Below are positions 13,836 through 44,439 of a stretch of DNA of 64,000 nucleotides, piece after piece; position 1 is the stretch's first letter; the number at the start of each line of letters is the position of its first letter. The notes below the pieces were generated by a model that worked only from the letters and a program-made list of their open reading frames with translations, was not told where the DNA came from and ran no database searches. This stretch comes from Antedon mediterranea (taxonomy: Eukaryota > Animalia > Echinodermata). The position numbers were made by a program, and so were the translations under genes. The stretch covers positions 26,161,648-26,225,647 of the forward strand of contig NC_092673.1 of the NCBI RefSeq assembly GCF_964355755.1, written 5' to 3'.

Positions 13836-15763
13836 TGATTATAATAATACTCCCTCCTTCTTGAGCTTACTCCAGCAGGTAAGAAGTGCTTATAATATTT
13901 TAACTGTCGCGCAAATGCAAACCCTACAGCGCCCTCTCTTGGATATCAACTTTCTAATAATGATAATATAATGTACATACAGTACTGTAATTTAAGCAAT
14001 AGGCCTACATAAAAATGTTTAACAGTTTTGGGGTTTTTTTTTTGTTTTTTTGTTTTTTTATTTCATTTCTAAAAGAACAACAATACAAAAAGGGTTTAAT
14101 AGTTTACTGAGATTAATTATGAAGTAACTTTTGAATGCATAAGTCACAGTTTTTATTGTAGCCCATCTCAACCCATCTAAAACAAAATATAAGCCTACTA
14201 TCAAATTAAACAAAATAAATAAAATAGCAGCGCATTAATTCGCCGCATCTCTCACACTCTTCTAGACTATAAGTACCTTTTTCAACAAATATAAAATATA
14301 TACAAAGAATAATATTCTTTTTTATAACTATTCTTTCAATTGCATAGGAGGCCGATCAAATTCACGAACAAAATGATGCCTGTATTTTCTTCGAGTGTGT
14401 GTGTTGTGGTTGTGTAATCAATTGAATGGCTAATTTCTAGAGCAAGATAATGTCATTGAAAACGTTTGCCATGACAATTTACAACAAAAATGATTGTCAT
14501 CGATTTATGGATTTGATTATAATTCTCGGACCATAACTACTTGCTCTCTAAACTATAGAGGGCGATAGAACACAATACGGTATCTTGTGTTACTTTAATG
14601 TTCACACATGTGCATTCCAAAACATTAAATTTTATACAAGTATTTATAGTATGTATTTACATTGTGTTAATACGATCAATAATAAATAGATTATCGTATT
14701 ATTTGACGTGGACAATCTGTAAACAGTAGATATATTGACGGCAATATGAAGATTAAAACAAAGACGATTAAGATATTGATGCTAGGCCTACCAAAGTGTG
14801 ATACCAGTGAAGAGTTAAATTACTTTAATTTAACTCTTCCCTTGTGATACATGAAAGATAATGGGCAGAGATGAAGATATTTAGGATGGGATGATAATGT
14901 TATTTACGTCATGATTGTGGTGGCGGGGTGTGTGTGCTTGTGCAATTTGTTATCGAAACAATACTCCATAGCCAGTAGGCAAATTTAGATACTCTTTTAA
15001 AAAAGTCTCCACAACCTATCTCGAAAAAATCCCGTCAGTATCTTAATTGACTAAATGTATATTTATTATAAGCATAGGCCTACAATGTACACTAACTTAA
15101 TGTTTTCAGTGACATTAAACATGAAAATAAATACAGCTTAATTGGCTTTTGCAACTCTAGCAATGAACTTACCATACTTTAAAGAAATATGTGTTACACT
15201 TGTAATTAACAGATATCAATCATTATGTTAGTGATGATGATTATGATGTACGTTCATTATAATCATGAATAATGATCGTCCATCATTTTATCATCATAAT
15301 CATTAAATAATCATCATCATTATTAGTATGTACTTTATTAATTATCACTTTAGTAATGGTTTAGTGTAGGTCTTAGTTAAACTAATACAATTCGCAGTGC
15401 AGTTCATTATTATAGGCCTATTCATATTTTCACAAATAAAAAATGGATTTAAATCCGCTTATATACTTTAATTTATATCATTCTAATCAACTTTAAAATA
15501 AGATTGAATTTGTCTAATCCTGATATCAAAATGTATTTTATTGTACAGTGTACAGTACTTCATATTTTAACGTATATGAATTAGGTAATTAGCGGAAAAC
15601 TGATGGAATTCCATTGTGTTATGAAATCGATTAAGCCTTAATAACTTAATACAAGTTTCGACACAAAGCATTCAATAAGTCACATTTGTACAAACTATTA
15701 CATCGCACTCTGTAGAAGAAGCGAACTTCAAATGAAAAAAAATAAACAACAAAAGAAACGAAC

Positions 15764-15791
15764 CTTGCGTTGTAGCTGCCGCCGCTGCCAT
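15764..15791 (-). CDS. Candidate alternative first coding exon (MAAAAATTQ, phase 1)
   Basis: acgATGG start context, AAG|gttcgt donor, phase matches exon 13681-13749. Confidence 0.55.
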
Positions 15792-16165
15792 CGTCGTACA
15801 GTTACCGAGTTGTAATTAGCTTACGAAATAAACAAATATGAGGACTATAAACACACGTCTAGCATATCCAATAGGTCGGGTTAACTGAACGATTTGATAT
15901 TTTATTATTTGTGTGTAGTTAAGTCTGCTATGAATGATCTATACTTCATTAGAACACAGTGTGTATGCTTTATGCCACGAACGATCGTTTTTCGATCGAA
16001 TCCAACTGCATTATGCCCAGTGAGTTGTAACCATATATTTTGTGTACACTTGGTTGGTCTCCCAAATTTAATTGTAATATTATGCTTATATATAGAACCA
16101 TACGTCGTCAGATCAGTGACAAACACAATTGACGCATGCTTACAAGAGCCTATGATATTTTCATA

Positions 16166-16345
16166 AACGTTTGCACGCGCGCGTAAATAATCTACCATTT
16201 TTCATCAGCAATTAATCGCGCGCGTACAAAAAGCATAACGTTTTCTTTACCATATGCACGCGCGCGTACAAGTCATACAATTAATATCAGCGTTTGAACG
16301 CGCGTGTACAAACCATGCGTTTAAACGCGCGTGTACGAAAGCCAT
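16166..16345. repeat. Degenerate ~25-45-bp-spaced array of AACGCGCGTACA motifs, copy 1
   Basis: Five cgcgcgt(a/g) motifs in an AT-rich background. Confidence 0.75.
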
Positions 16346-16541
16346 ACCGTTTTTAACAACGTCACCACGAACAAACTATTTCTATTGTAATGAAGAATAC
16401 ATATTTTGCTTTTTTATTTTACTCATTCCACGTGCGGCGGAGAAATTTATGACTTGACTTGACCAAAGATAACCTCAATTAAAAAAATATTCTGATTTTT
16501 AATACATTAAAATTGCCTTGAATTAATACAAAACAACTCAC

Positions 16542-16551
16542 CTTCCCTCAT
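16542..16551 (-). CDS. Weaker candidate first exon (MRE, phase 1)
   Basis: ATGAGGGAAG|gtgagt: consensus donor and matching phase, but very short and could be chance. Confidence 0.3.
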
Positions 16552-17684
16552 ATCATTTAATCAAATGAGTGACTTACAATAATTAAAACTATACGATAAC
16601 ATATATATATGTATACGATATACATATACATATGCACTTTGTATTAAAAAAAACATCTTTTTTTTTTACATTTAGAGAGCGAACATTTTATTTATTATCG
16701 ACATGTGTGAAACTATTTAATACAACCGATTATTTTGAATGGAATCTTCACGATACAACCGAGTGCAATTTGTTAATCAAATATTTCCATTTATTGAAAC
16801 ACAATAATGAGATACGTAGATGGTAGAGATGAATTTGCTTAAACGATCTGCTTGGAGATGGTTGCCTTGGCTTGGTCTAGATGGCGATCTTCTTGCTGAG
16901 GGAGACGATATAGACCTTTGCACGAGAGCGCCTTGGCACGGGAGCATCAAGTCACTCCACCACTTGTCTGCTCAGTCTTTGGAGATACAATGATGGCGTG
17001 CTTGCAAGACGTCTGATGGGATTACAGTATGCAAATGAATGTTTAATTATCGGTTTTTTGAAGTTGCACGAAATACGTGGCGTTATCCTTAACACGTTAA
17101 CGCCTCGGACGCTTCGGCTACATTGAGATCTGAAGCGTATTGCTGTGCGTCTGCATTTTCTTCAAGTCATTAATTCTTTTATTTAGTGTTTTCTAAAATA
17201 AAGATGATCAATCATGCGAGAATTATTCCTGCTAATAGAAATAAGCCCAAGTCAATCAGATTTTGTCGAAACTTACTCGCTGTTCCTTACAGTGTGGACA
17301 CGTGACGTATGTTCTGTGAATGACGTCATCGATCTTTCCGGGCCAACACATTATATGGTTGCTTATAACACTCGAGACAACAATTTCAAATGTTAAAAAT
17401 AAACCAAAAGTACGCTGCCAGTCACAGTTTGTTAAAACATAATAATGATAAAATGCGTAGCGTATTTTTTAAAGTAAAATTCAAGGTTATAGGCTATAAC
17501 CGGATCTTTTAACACCATGTATCAACTCATTTTAACATTGTGTTTTATAGTAGGCCTACTGTATCTTTTTATTGAGGATATTTCCAACTAGAAAAAGGGA
17601 GGAAACACCAAATATAGCAATCCAATGCTCCGTAAAAAGGTTCATCTCCAACTTTTCAGATTCAAGCGAATTGAGTATAGTTCG

Positions 17685-17831
17685 TAAAGCTTGGTTCCCA
17701 CTAGGACGCAACGTAAGTAACTTGACCAATCACAAGCGATGGATTATCCAAACTGTCGCTTGGATTGGTCAATTCGTCGGTTGCGTTGCGTTTACGTCCT
17801 CGCGTTGCGCCCTAGTGGGAACCAAGCTTTA
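17685..17831. mobile_element. MITE family B, near-palindromic (TIR AAGCTTGGTTCCCACTAGG)
   Basis: Long inverted repeat with inner gaccaatc/gattggtc. Degenerate relatives at about 21265-21370, 30460-30561 and 32585-32720. Confidence 0.85.
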
Positions 17832-18169
17832 ACGATAGCAATTTTGTTTACCATGTCTTTTTAAAATCATTGTTTATTACAATGAAATACAATTTAGATA
17901 GTTTTGTCATGTGTGACTCAAATTAAAATTTATAATAATGATTTAGAGTAATAATAATAATCTACTTGAGTTAACAATCTGAAAGTATCTGACGTTTTCA
18001 AAGCCCACTCTAAATTATTAGTCATAATTCCAACTTATTATTTTTTTTTTTAAGAACGTTATTACTAAGTTGATCAGTTCATTATTTTTTCCCCTTGAAA
18101 ACAAAGGACGTTTGTTACAAAATTAAGATACTATGTGAACCTTTCTAGTAATATTTATTTGTGATTGTT

Positions 18170-18295
18170 GGTTGATAGTTCGTATCGTGGTTCGATGCGG
18201 CTCGTGTCGTGGTTCGATGCGGCTCGTGTCGTGGTTCGGTAGTTCGCGGTTCGATAGGTCGTGGTTCGATAGTTCGTGATTTAACAGTTCGTGTT
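18170..18295. repeat. Degenerate short tandem repeat (tcgtggttcgat core; two perfect 22-bp units)
   Basis: Direct reading. Confidence 0.8.
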
Positions 18296-19227
18296 TAAGA
18301 TAATTATATAAAATGGAAGCACAAAATAGTAGGCCTATACGAAGAAGTATAAAATCAGTCTAATCTATAACATTAAGTTTTTATACGAACACACTGTAAC
18401 GGTAGGCCTATTCTCATCTATCGTGGTCAAACAAAATGGCTTAGTAAAACTTTATTTTACTTTTAGAACTGATTTACGAGAAACATACAGAATGAAAAAG
18501 CTGCTAGCTTGTCCGATTATTTATACCAGAGAAGAGTGAATCACTCTTCCCTTTTTAAAGCATGTTCTTGAGCAACCGTACTTAACATATATGCAAATAG
18601 TAAGCGATAACGAAACAGTACCTTCAGCAGTGCATCAAAGAATTTAAAAAATATAACCATTACAACTTCGTGAAATGCTAGTTCATTTTGTATAACGTAA
18701 AACAGGATGCATAGGCCTACTACACCACGCTCAAAGGTTAATATTTACCCGTAAAATAATATTTAGACACAAATTGTTCAGTCTTTAATCCAACCATATT
18801 AGTATTTGGTACCATTTTAATTGGTATCATGGACTTAAATTACCTTACTCTCATTCTTAATTTAATCACAGGCTATGATTAATCCGACGGTAAACAATAA
18901 AACGATATTGTGAAGTCAATAACAGAACTTTAAAAAATCATTATATGTATAATGAATTCAATAATAAATATGAAATGTATGAATGCCTATAATTGATTCC
19001 GTCTTGTTTTTAATCATTAAACGCACGACGTAATCGATTGGATCGTATAATTTAAAAGGTCTTTTATATAGTTTCTATAGAGATTGTGGAAAATTGTTTA
19101 TGTTGTTATTTTTAATCGATTTAATTGAAATAACAACCGCCGTGTAGTACAGTAATATTAACATTATATGAGTAAAACGTGGGTGAGATAGATTATTATT
19201 AAACATAATACATAAAAACGCTGTGTC

Positions 19228-19412
19228 AGCGTTTAAACGCGCGCGTACAAAAGTTGTATATTTTTTAGCGGGGTTTGAACGCGCGTATAAAAGCTGTATC
19301 ACTTTTAGCAGCGTTTTAAAGCGCGCGTACAAAATGTATTCCATCGTCGTTTGAACACGCGCGTACAAAAATGTTATCATTTTCGTCAGTGTTTTTGAAC
19401 ACGGCGTGTAAA
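19228..19412. repeat. Degenerate ~40-bp-spaced array of TTT(G/A)AACGCGCGTACAAAA motifs, copy 2
   Basis: Five units, same orientation as 16166-16345. Confidence 0.8.
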
Positions 19413-19845
19413 ACGATGGCATCACGTATTTCGTACGCTAAAAAATCCGTGAATTAATATTAGATTTAACTTGACAAAACTGTCACTAGAATATACGAAG
19501 TAGTATGTTCCACATTTATTCAATACATATCGATAAATCAACATGTATGACAATTAAATTAAATTTGAACTGTGTATCAACATTCAAATTTCAAGGTCAC
19601 ATTGGATACAGGTAGTAGGGACTATAATGTATTGTAGGCCAACATTAAATCACAGTGAAACAAAAGTATTGTATTGCAACGAGAATTATTTATTATGACG
19701 GTAACGCTTGTCAACTGAAACAAACATATGATTGACGACGATAACATGTTGGATAATAGGCCTACTATAAACATTTATATAAATACTTTTTATATTATTA
19801 GCTATTACCGTATCTTTTAAAAGTAAATAAAGAAATGAATCTTAC

Positions 19846-19879
19846 CATTTGCGGATACATTAGCGTTACTGACCGCCAT
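19846..19879 (-). CDS. Candidate alternative first coding exon (MAVSNANVSAN, phase 1)
   Basis: ATGGCG start, G|gtaaga donor, phase matches exon 13681-13749. CpG-rich upstream region with a CCAAT box (attgg at 19981). Confidence 0.55.
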
Positions 19880-20507
19880 ATCTCAATCGTATACGTCGTA
19901 TATAAATTCAGCAATATCAATTATTGAAGCTTGTATTATAAAAATCAGTCTTTACCACACCAGTCTAACGAGGAAGTGTGATTGGTGAAACGATTTCAAA
20001 CTGGGATTTGATTCAAGATGCTCTCATCACCTTCATTGTCCATGCTCTGTTGTTTGTATCCCCATTGCGCGACGATCGCGATCGATTTTACCCTATTAAT
20101 GGCCAAGTCACACGCACGTACCGAAGTTCAGGGTCCATGCATCAAAAAATAAAAAATTAAAATCAAGCTAAGTCCATTGAATCGACGAACATGGTAATTC
20201 AATTGGTCTGATTTGATTATAGATAGATAACATGCGCGTGGATGGAATGTCAATAAGCGTAATAGGCCTACAGTGTCAATTGATCGCAGTGGTGTACGGA
20301 CCTTTTCCAGAAGACTGGGGCGACACACTAAACACGTGACGACACATGGTCCAAGAATCGCTCTTCATCATCCACCACATTACCATCCGGGTACTCCATG
20401 GTTCCAGTGCAAAGTCAAAGTTTGAAAATGATGTTACGGTACCCCATGACGTAATCCAGACGTAACTAGGGGATTTCCCTTTAACTGAATCGTAAGATCT
20501 TTGACAT

Positions 20508-20780
20508 GTTAGATGTTGAGAATTATAGAACAAAAAAAATACTAGAAAATTATGAAAAAAGTGGATAACAGAAAAGAAATAATGCTCTGATTCCAAGAAC
20601 AGTAACGTTGATAAAATAAAAATAAAAATATATATATATATATATATAAATACACCAAACCAAACAAAAGTAAGAATAACAATGAATAGTTATTATTATT
20701 ATTAGAAATAATTGTATTAATCTGTTGATGAAATGAAATGAATAAATAGTGGTTAACGCCACAAAAGAGAAAAAAAAAAA
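20508..20780 (+). mobile_element. 5'-truncated L1/Tx1-type retroposon 3' end with poly(A) and 14-bp TSD
   Basis: TSD AAGATCTTTGACAT at 20494-20507 and 20781-20794; AATAAA-gtgg..ccac-aaagag-polyA tail resembling that of 46829-47425. Confidence 0.75.
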
Positions 20781-21102
20781 AAGATCTTTGACATCGTTAA
20801 ACGCCAAAGGACTAATAGAGAGTTCTTTAGAATATTTAATGGATTATTCAGTAATTAGAGCAACTGGATATTTTTCGTTAGTCATTAGGACTCGGGCAGT
20901 GAAAGGTGAATCGACCATGCCCCAGAAACAATCAATTAAGGATAATGCATACACCTACATACAGCAACCTTGATATTGACATTAGACCCATTATTGCCCA
21001 ATGTCTTAGCGATTTCACATCCATCAATGAAGGATACTTTTCGGTTCGAAATAATAAAACGTCATAAAAATCGAATTGATATATATGCCATATTCATTAG
21101 TC

Positions 21103-21264
21103 TAAAGCTCTGTCTACACTAACAAACTTTGTGTGACAAAAAATTGTGATGTACCCATGGACATGATGATGTCGTACCACTGCCATATTTGGGCGTATCA
21201 CTACCATATTTGGGCACATCACACTTTTTATGTCAAACTAGTTTGATAGTGTAGACAGAGCTTT
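21103..21264. mobile_element. MITE family A, best copy (TIR AAGCTCTGTCTACACTATCAAAC; internal ~21-bp atcactaccatatttgggcat repeats)
   Basis: Terminal inverted repeats flanked by TA. Other copies at about 3738, 7093, 8618, 9155, 11853, 22806, 24545, 25661, 36514, 43443 and 53890. Confidence 0.9.
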
Positions 21265-22254
21265 ACGCTTGATTCAATTCACACTCTACGACGCAACGCA
21301 AGTAAAGTCATTTTACCAATCACAAACGATGGATCACATCCTTGCGTTGCGTTTTGAGTGGGAAGCCTGGTAACCACTCGACGCGACTCCGGCTCCGGCT
21401 CCGTCGATTTATCGTAAGAAAGTGCGCTTTGACAAGAAAACTTTTCTTTTTTTTTAAATTGACTCCCCTTTTCCCACATCCTTAAACGTTGTGATAAATT
21501 CATGTTATTCCAATATGATCCGATTCCAAATGTTGATAGCAAAGTATGACATAATTTTATCTTTGTTCATTTATTTGTTTACAATAAAATATATTACCAA
21601 TACAGTTTATCAAGGCATATAATATAAGGCAACGAGCACTCAAATTTGTTCTTGAAATTCTATCTAGAAAACCTGACGACGGGACCTTATTATACGTAAG
21701 TAACTCCAATTTTCATTGCAATAAATGAGTTCTCTTTGCTAAATTTCAAAATAATGTTATTAATGTTTTGATATAAACCACCAATACAAAGCCATTTATT
21801 ATCATTATTATCTACTTAATATATACAATATTTGTTTTCACATTTGATATTTAAACATAATTATATAATAATGATGATATAGGCCTTATATATGATTTTA
21901 TGGCAGTAAAGTTTTGTAATAAAGATACACTGTTGTTTAAATTCAAAATTAAATGTATATATAGAATCTTTTTTTTAATACTAATTTAAAAAGAAACTTC
22001 TCTGATTAAAAAATGAGAATTCTGTAATGATTATGGTTGTTACCCTTAATTACCTGTTGAAATTAATCAATATAACATTAATTATATTTGTGAATGAGAT
22101 TGTATGTTTAATTATACAACTGTACTTATAGGCCTACATTATGTCCTATGAGTGAATGAATATAAGAACTGTTTAACAACTATATCATAAACATTTATAT
22201 TAAGTCATAACTCAATTCTCAGTGGTGTATCTCCACATACTACAATTATTTTGC

Positions 22255-22408
22255 CCAGTATCATAGAAATATTTGGTAATACAGCATCTCATTTGTATCA
22301 CATGTGGTGCCTGTATCAACTATCATGTAAGGTAGTTAAGGGTTAGGTTATGGTATAACATGTGAAACACATGTGATGTTGTATCACCAACTATTCCTAT
22401 GATACTGG
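22255..22408. mobile_element. MITE with ~40-bp imperfect TIRs and internal GGTTA(A/G)G-like repeats
   Basis: ccagtatcatagaaatatttggtaatacagcatc ... gatgttgtatcaccaactattcctatgatactgg. Confidence 0.7.
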
Positions 22409-22805
22409 AGATATCAAAATACAGTACAGAGATTCGGGTGCTTGTATAGAATATGTTTACAATTATAGGAGCAAAAGGTCATAATTTTTGCAGTTAGAAT
22501 GTAGTCTTAGTAGAGACAGACCCTGACTAGCACACCTTCTTCAACATGGGTGTCAACAATTCCCGGTTTAACATTTAAATATTTTGAAACCTATACATTA
22601 AATATCAAAGCAGTTTATGATTTTTTGGCTCAATGATTTACAAACTAGCAATCTATTGTAAAGGGTTAATATTAATTTGCAATTTGGTAGCGATAAACAA
22701 TATTCAATTTCTTTGGTCAAATTTAGTTTTACTAAAAATATATAAATAATAAATAAACATAACTGGGTTTTGAGAATCAATATCCAGGGTGTTCAGGTAA
22801 ACAAT

Positions 22806-22968
22806 AAAGCTGTGTCCACACTATCAAACTAGTTTGACCAAAAAAACAGTGTGATGTGCCCAAATATGGTAGTGATATGCCTAAATATAGTTGTGATATG
22901 ACATCATCATGTCCATATATGGGCACATAACATTTTTTGACCATAAAGTATGATAGTGTAGACAGCTT
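22806..22968. mobile_element. MITE family A copy, opposite orientation
   Basis: taaagctgtgtccacactatcaaac...tgatagtgtagacagctt. Confidence 0.85.
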
Positions 22969-23617
22969 CTTTGGTCTATCTAGTAAATAGAAATTAGTGT
23001 GTTTTGTGAATCAGTATTATTCAGGGTGGGTGCTAAGGTTGGGGCGAAATTTGAGTAACTTTGCTAGTTGTAACAAATACATGCTTCTATGTGTACCCAT
23101 ATCTCATCAATAAATCCATAAAATGTTGCATAAAACAGCAACGTAACAGCTGTTTAAATCCAAAATACTGTTTGAAGTAGTTTTTTTTTTGTTCTTTGAA
23201 TTCCCTGTCCCTTTCAAAACAGATCATGCCTTTGATCATTAAATTGTACATCATGGTGGGGGAGGGGGGTGGGAGGTGTTTACACCATCAGTATATTACA
23301 CACTTCACTGGGAAAAGCTTGTTCAATAAGTTTACTTTGGCTTAACTAGCAATTTATATAATGAAAATAAAAAACGCCAGATATTAATATATTTACAATA
23401 TTGCACACATAATCAATCTATCTACATACCTTGTATAACATTATCAAATACTAGAGCACATGTAGTAATGATCATTGTAACAAACAATTTCAGCATAAAC
23501 AAAATATCATATTTACATATTCTATCATATTAAATTTGATCTATAAGTTCCATTGTATTTGAACTCCAATTTCATAGCAAGAGTTTTGTTTTTATTTTTA
23601 GCAGGACAACACAGTAG

Positions 23618-23825
23618 TAATTTCACAATGACTATTTGTACTTTGATTCTGTAATTCACAATGACTATTTATACTTTGATTCTGTAATTCACAGTGACTA
23701 TTTGTACTTTGATTCTGTAATTCACAATGACTATTTGTACTTTGAGTCTGAAATTCACAATGACTATTTGTACTTGGAGTCTGTAATTCACAATGACTAT
23801 TTAAACTTTGAGTGTGAAATCACAT
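23618..23825. repeat. 33-bp minisatellite, ~6 copies, in the inferred HECTD2 3' UTR
   Basis: Unit aattcacaatgactatttgtactttgattctgt, about 250 nt after the HECTD2 stop. Confidence 0.93.
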
Positions 23826-24075
23826 CTTCTATAAAAACGATTTCAGATTGGCTATACCATTGTATGGCAAATTTCTGGTTGAGTTATTCATTGCATTCAT
23901 AAAAGGACCTATAGAAAATTGGGCTTTCTGAAGTCTAATTTCTTCTTCTAATACTTATTTCAAGTCAACATCTTCAGTATTGGAGATATCGTAGCTATAC
24001 AATGATGCAGACAAGTTATCCATCATCAATCTAGACCTACAGCCTTTTGTGTTTTGTAAGTTTCCAGACGACACC

Positions 24076-42070
<17,995 letters not shown>

Positions 42071-42199
42071 AGGGCTAGCAGAACAAAAGTTAGCCTTAAA
42101 CACAGTATTCCATTGTTGTGTCAAAAAGACGATGCTCTTTAGGCTACAAGTCTAACTACTGACTGGATGGCTGGTATTGGTCAGGCTTACTTAAAGTGG

Positions 42200-42760
42200 T
42201 GGTGGTGATGATTTCAGCCTTGCTTGCGCTGTTGCGGCAATCAGCCTACGATACAAATGTTATTACTGTACATTAGACGCTGATCTTAAGATGACGTATA
42301 GGCCTAATCAATAGCATAAACAAAATCATGGTACTAAAATCCAACCAACTCACTGCTTAGTTTTAGCTTACTCTTTTGGTACCAGGACTTCGAGGATCCA
42401 GACTGGAGATGACATACAAAAGATAGTCTGTACTTATGTTGCCATCGTCAATTTAGCAACAGTAAATAATAAATAGAGGGCGTTATTTAAAGATCTTTGA
42501 AGTTCTCTTTTCTTTCCGAGGTCTACCATTGACATTTTTTATATTATTTTTTGCTTTAGTTAAGGTGGACTGGACTTATAGATGTTGAGACGTATTAATT
42601 TAAAAAATAATAATAAAAAAAGAGGAAATACATTACATTACAATACATTTCGAAATTCCAGAGGGCGACATTCAAGTGAGCTACCGGTATAATTAATCAG
42701 GACATGCACATCATTTTTATTTTTTTTTTAAATCCACGTCACGTGCACGTGGACACTTCC
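42200..42760 (-). promoter_or_regulatory. Probable HECTD2 promoter / 5' UTR region
   Basis: Immediately upstream of ATG 42070; locally CpG-rich; overlapping CRE/E-box-like cluster ccacgtcacgtgcacgtgg at 42734-42752; candidate UTR donors at about 42190 and 42371. Confidence 0.45.
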
Positions 42761-44439
42761 ATTAGTAAAGTTTTTAGCAAAACTTCATAGTTAAATATTC
42801 TGTTTTAATTGTAATCGTTATGATAACAAAATAAGTTTTCAGGTCACTAACGTCTCTACAAACTTTACGTCTGCTTGAAAGCAAAATAAAGTTATTCCAA
42901 CAATTCGAATAAAGCGTACCGGTATGTACTATAATCGTTAATATGTCCTTATATTAATTTAGTAATTTTAGCGTACCTACGAAATTATCCCTCTTTTCAC
43001 TTAAGTATTATTAGTGCCGAGGCCTAATCATTAATAAACCTTACATAGCACTATATCGATTTTTGTCTTCTGACTTTTCCGCCTTGGTCGCTCTGTTTAT
43101 TTTTGCTGTAAAGTTTCTCCCAAGTATTATGTTTTCTGTAGGTCCGTTACAGTTTTTAATTTTGTTGGTGTACTGGTCGGTCGTAAAGTAAAGATTTATA
43201 ACGACTGTCCTCAATTAATTAATTAATCATGGTATATAGCAGGTATAGTATAAAGCATAGGCCTGCGATATAAATATGGGCCTCGAATATTATAAGTGTT
43301 TTGTAGAAATGGTAACATTTAATGTGTAGGCCTATTATGTGGTCCTACATTAATATTTTACGGAAACCTCATTTCGATTAGTTATAATGCCACTCATTAA
43401 GAACTAACAAGAAATGGTATATTTGTTTTATGTAGCCGTCCTTAAGCTCTACACTATCAACTTAGTTTGACAACAAAGGTGTAATGTGCCCAAATATGAT
43501 AGGTAGTATTATGACATCATCATGTCCATGGGCACACCCCATTTGATAGTGTAGACAGAGCTTTATAAAACATATAACATAACTGGTTTAGAAAATATAG
43601 TTTAAATATATGCAATTTAATTATATTTTCTGTATTTTGTTATCGATTTTCGATGGTACGTAGACACGATCAACAAAAGTTTTGAATAATTACGATCTAT
43701 AAAGATTCGCTTATGACAAACATTACTTCCATGCTTTTAAGTGTTAATATATTAAAGTATTTATTTTGTCTCGTGATTATAAAGTTCACACGAACGGCAA
43801 TTTTCAAATTGTATGGCCTACTCTCCGATATAGTTCGTCATGCCTTTTATCGCATAATTCTTATCATTAGTGTAAACTAATCTCGTATCTTACGTTTCAA
43901 CATTAAAATGTAACAAAATCTACCGTTTATACATTTAGGCAAATTGCTTTCACAAACCAATCCAATTATTCGCGCCATTATGTATAGCATCGACTTATTT
44001 TTTAGAGCTATTATTATCGAAATAGTATTACAATATTCTTGTAGCCGTCTATGTTCTGTCTGTTTAATGTTGTCTAATAAATGCATTAAATATACTTGAT
44101 AGAATGCAACAAAAGAGAGAACCACAGCCAAGCCTAATAAGAAAAGTAGCCTAATTAGTGTTCGCTTCCTAACTTGTAACCCCACTTATTTCAACTCAAC
44201 AATGGAAGCGATTTCAGAAGCTTCGAATCTTTCCATACAACGGCATATATAATTATGTTATCGATACTCAGGAAAATTTTTCTTATGTTTCTATGGAACT
44301 TGATCAAGTGGAATCGCCATATTATCAATTATTGTCGACCTACAGTTACCACTTACATTGCACAATCATTTGTTCAGTATATATCGATCCAACTTCGTTA
44401 AAGAGTGGTGTAGGTTTATGTGATTTACACGAATAGGAG

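Noticed and set aside
15168-15180. Fifth first exon (ATG|gtaag)
   Set aside because: Phase 0, incompatible with the phase-1 shared exon.
23636-23902. ORF with 11-aa repeats (YFDSVIHNDYL)
   Set aside because: Translation of a 33-bp minisatellite antisense to the HECTD2 3' region, with a non-ATG start.
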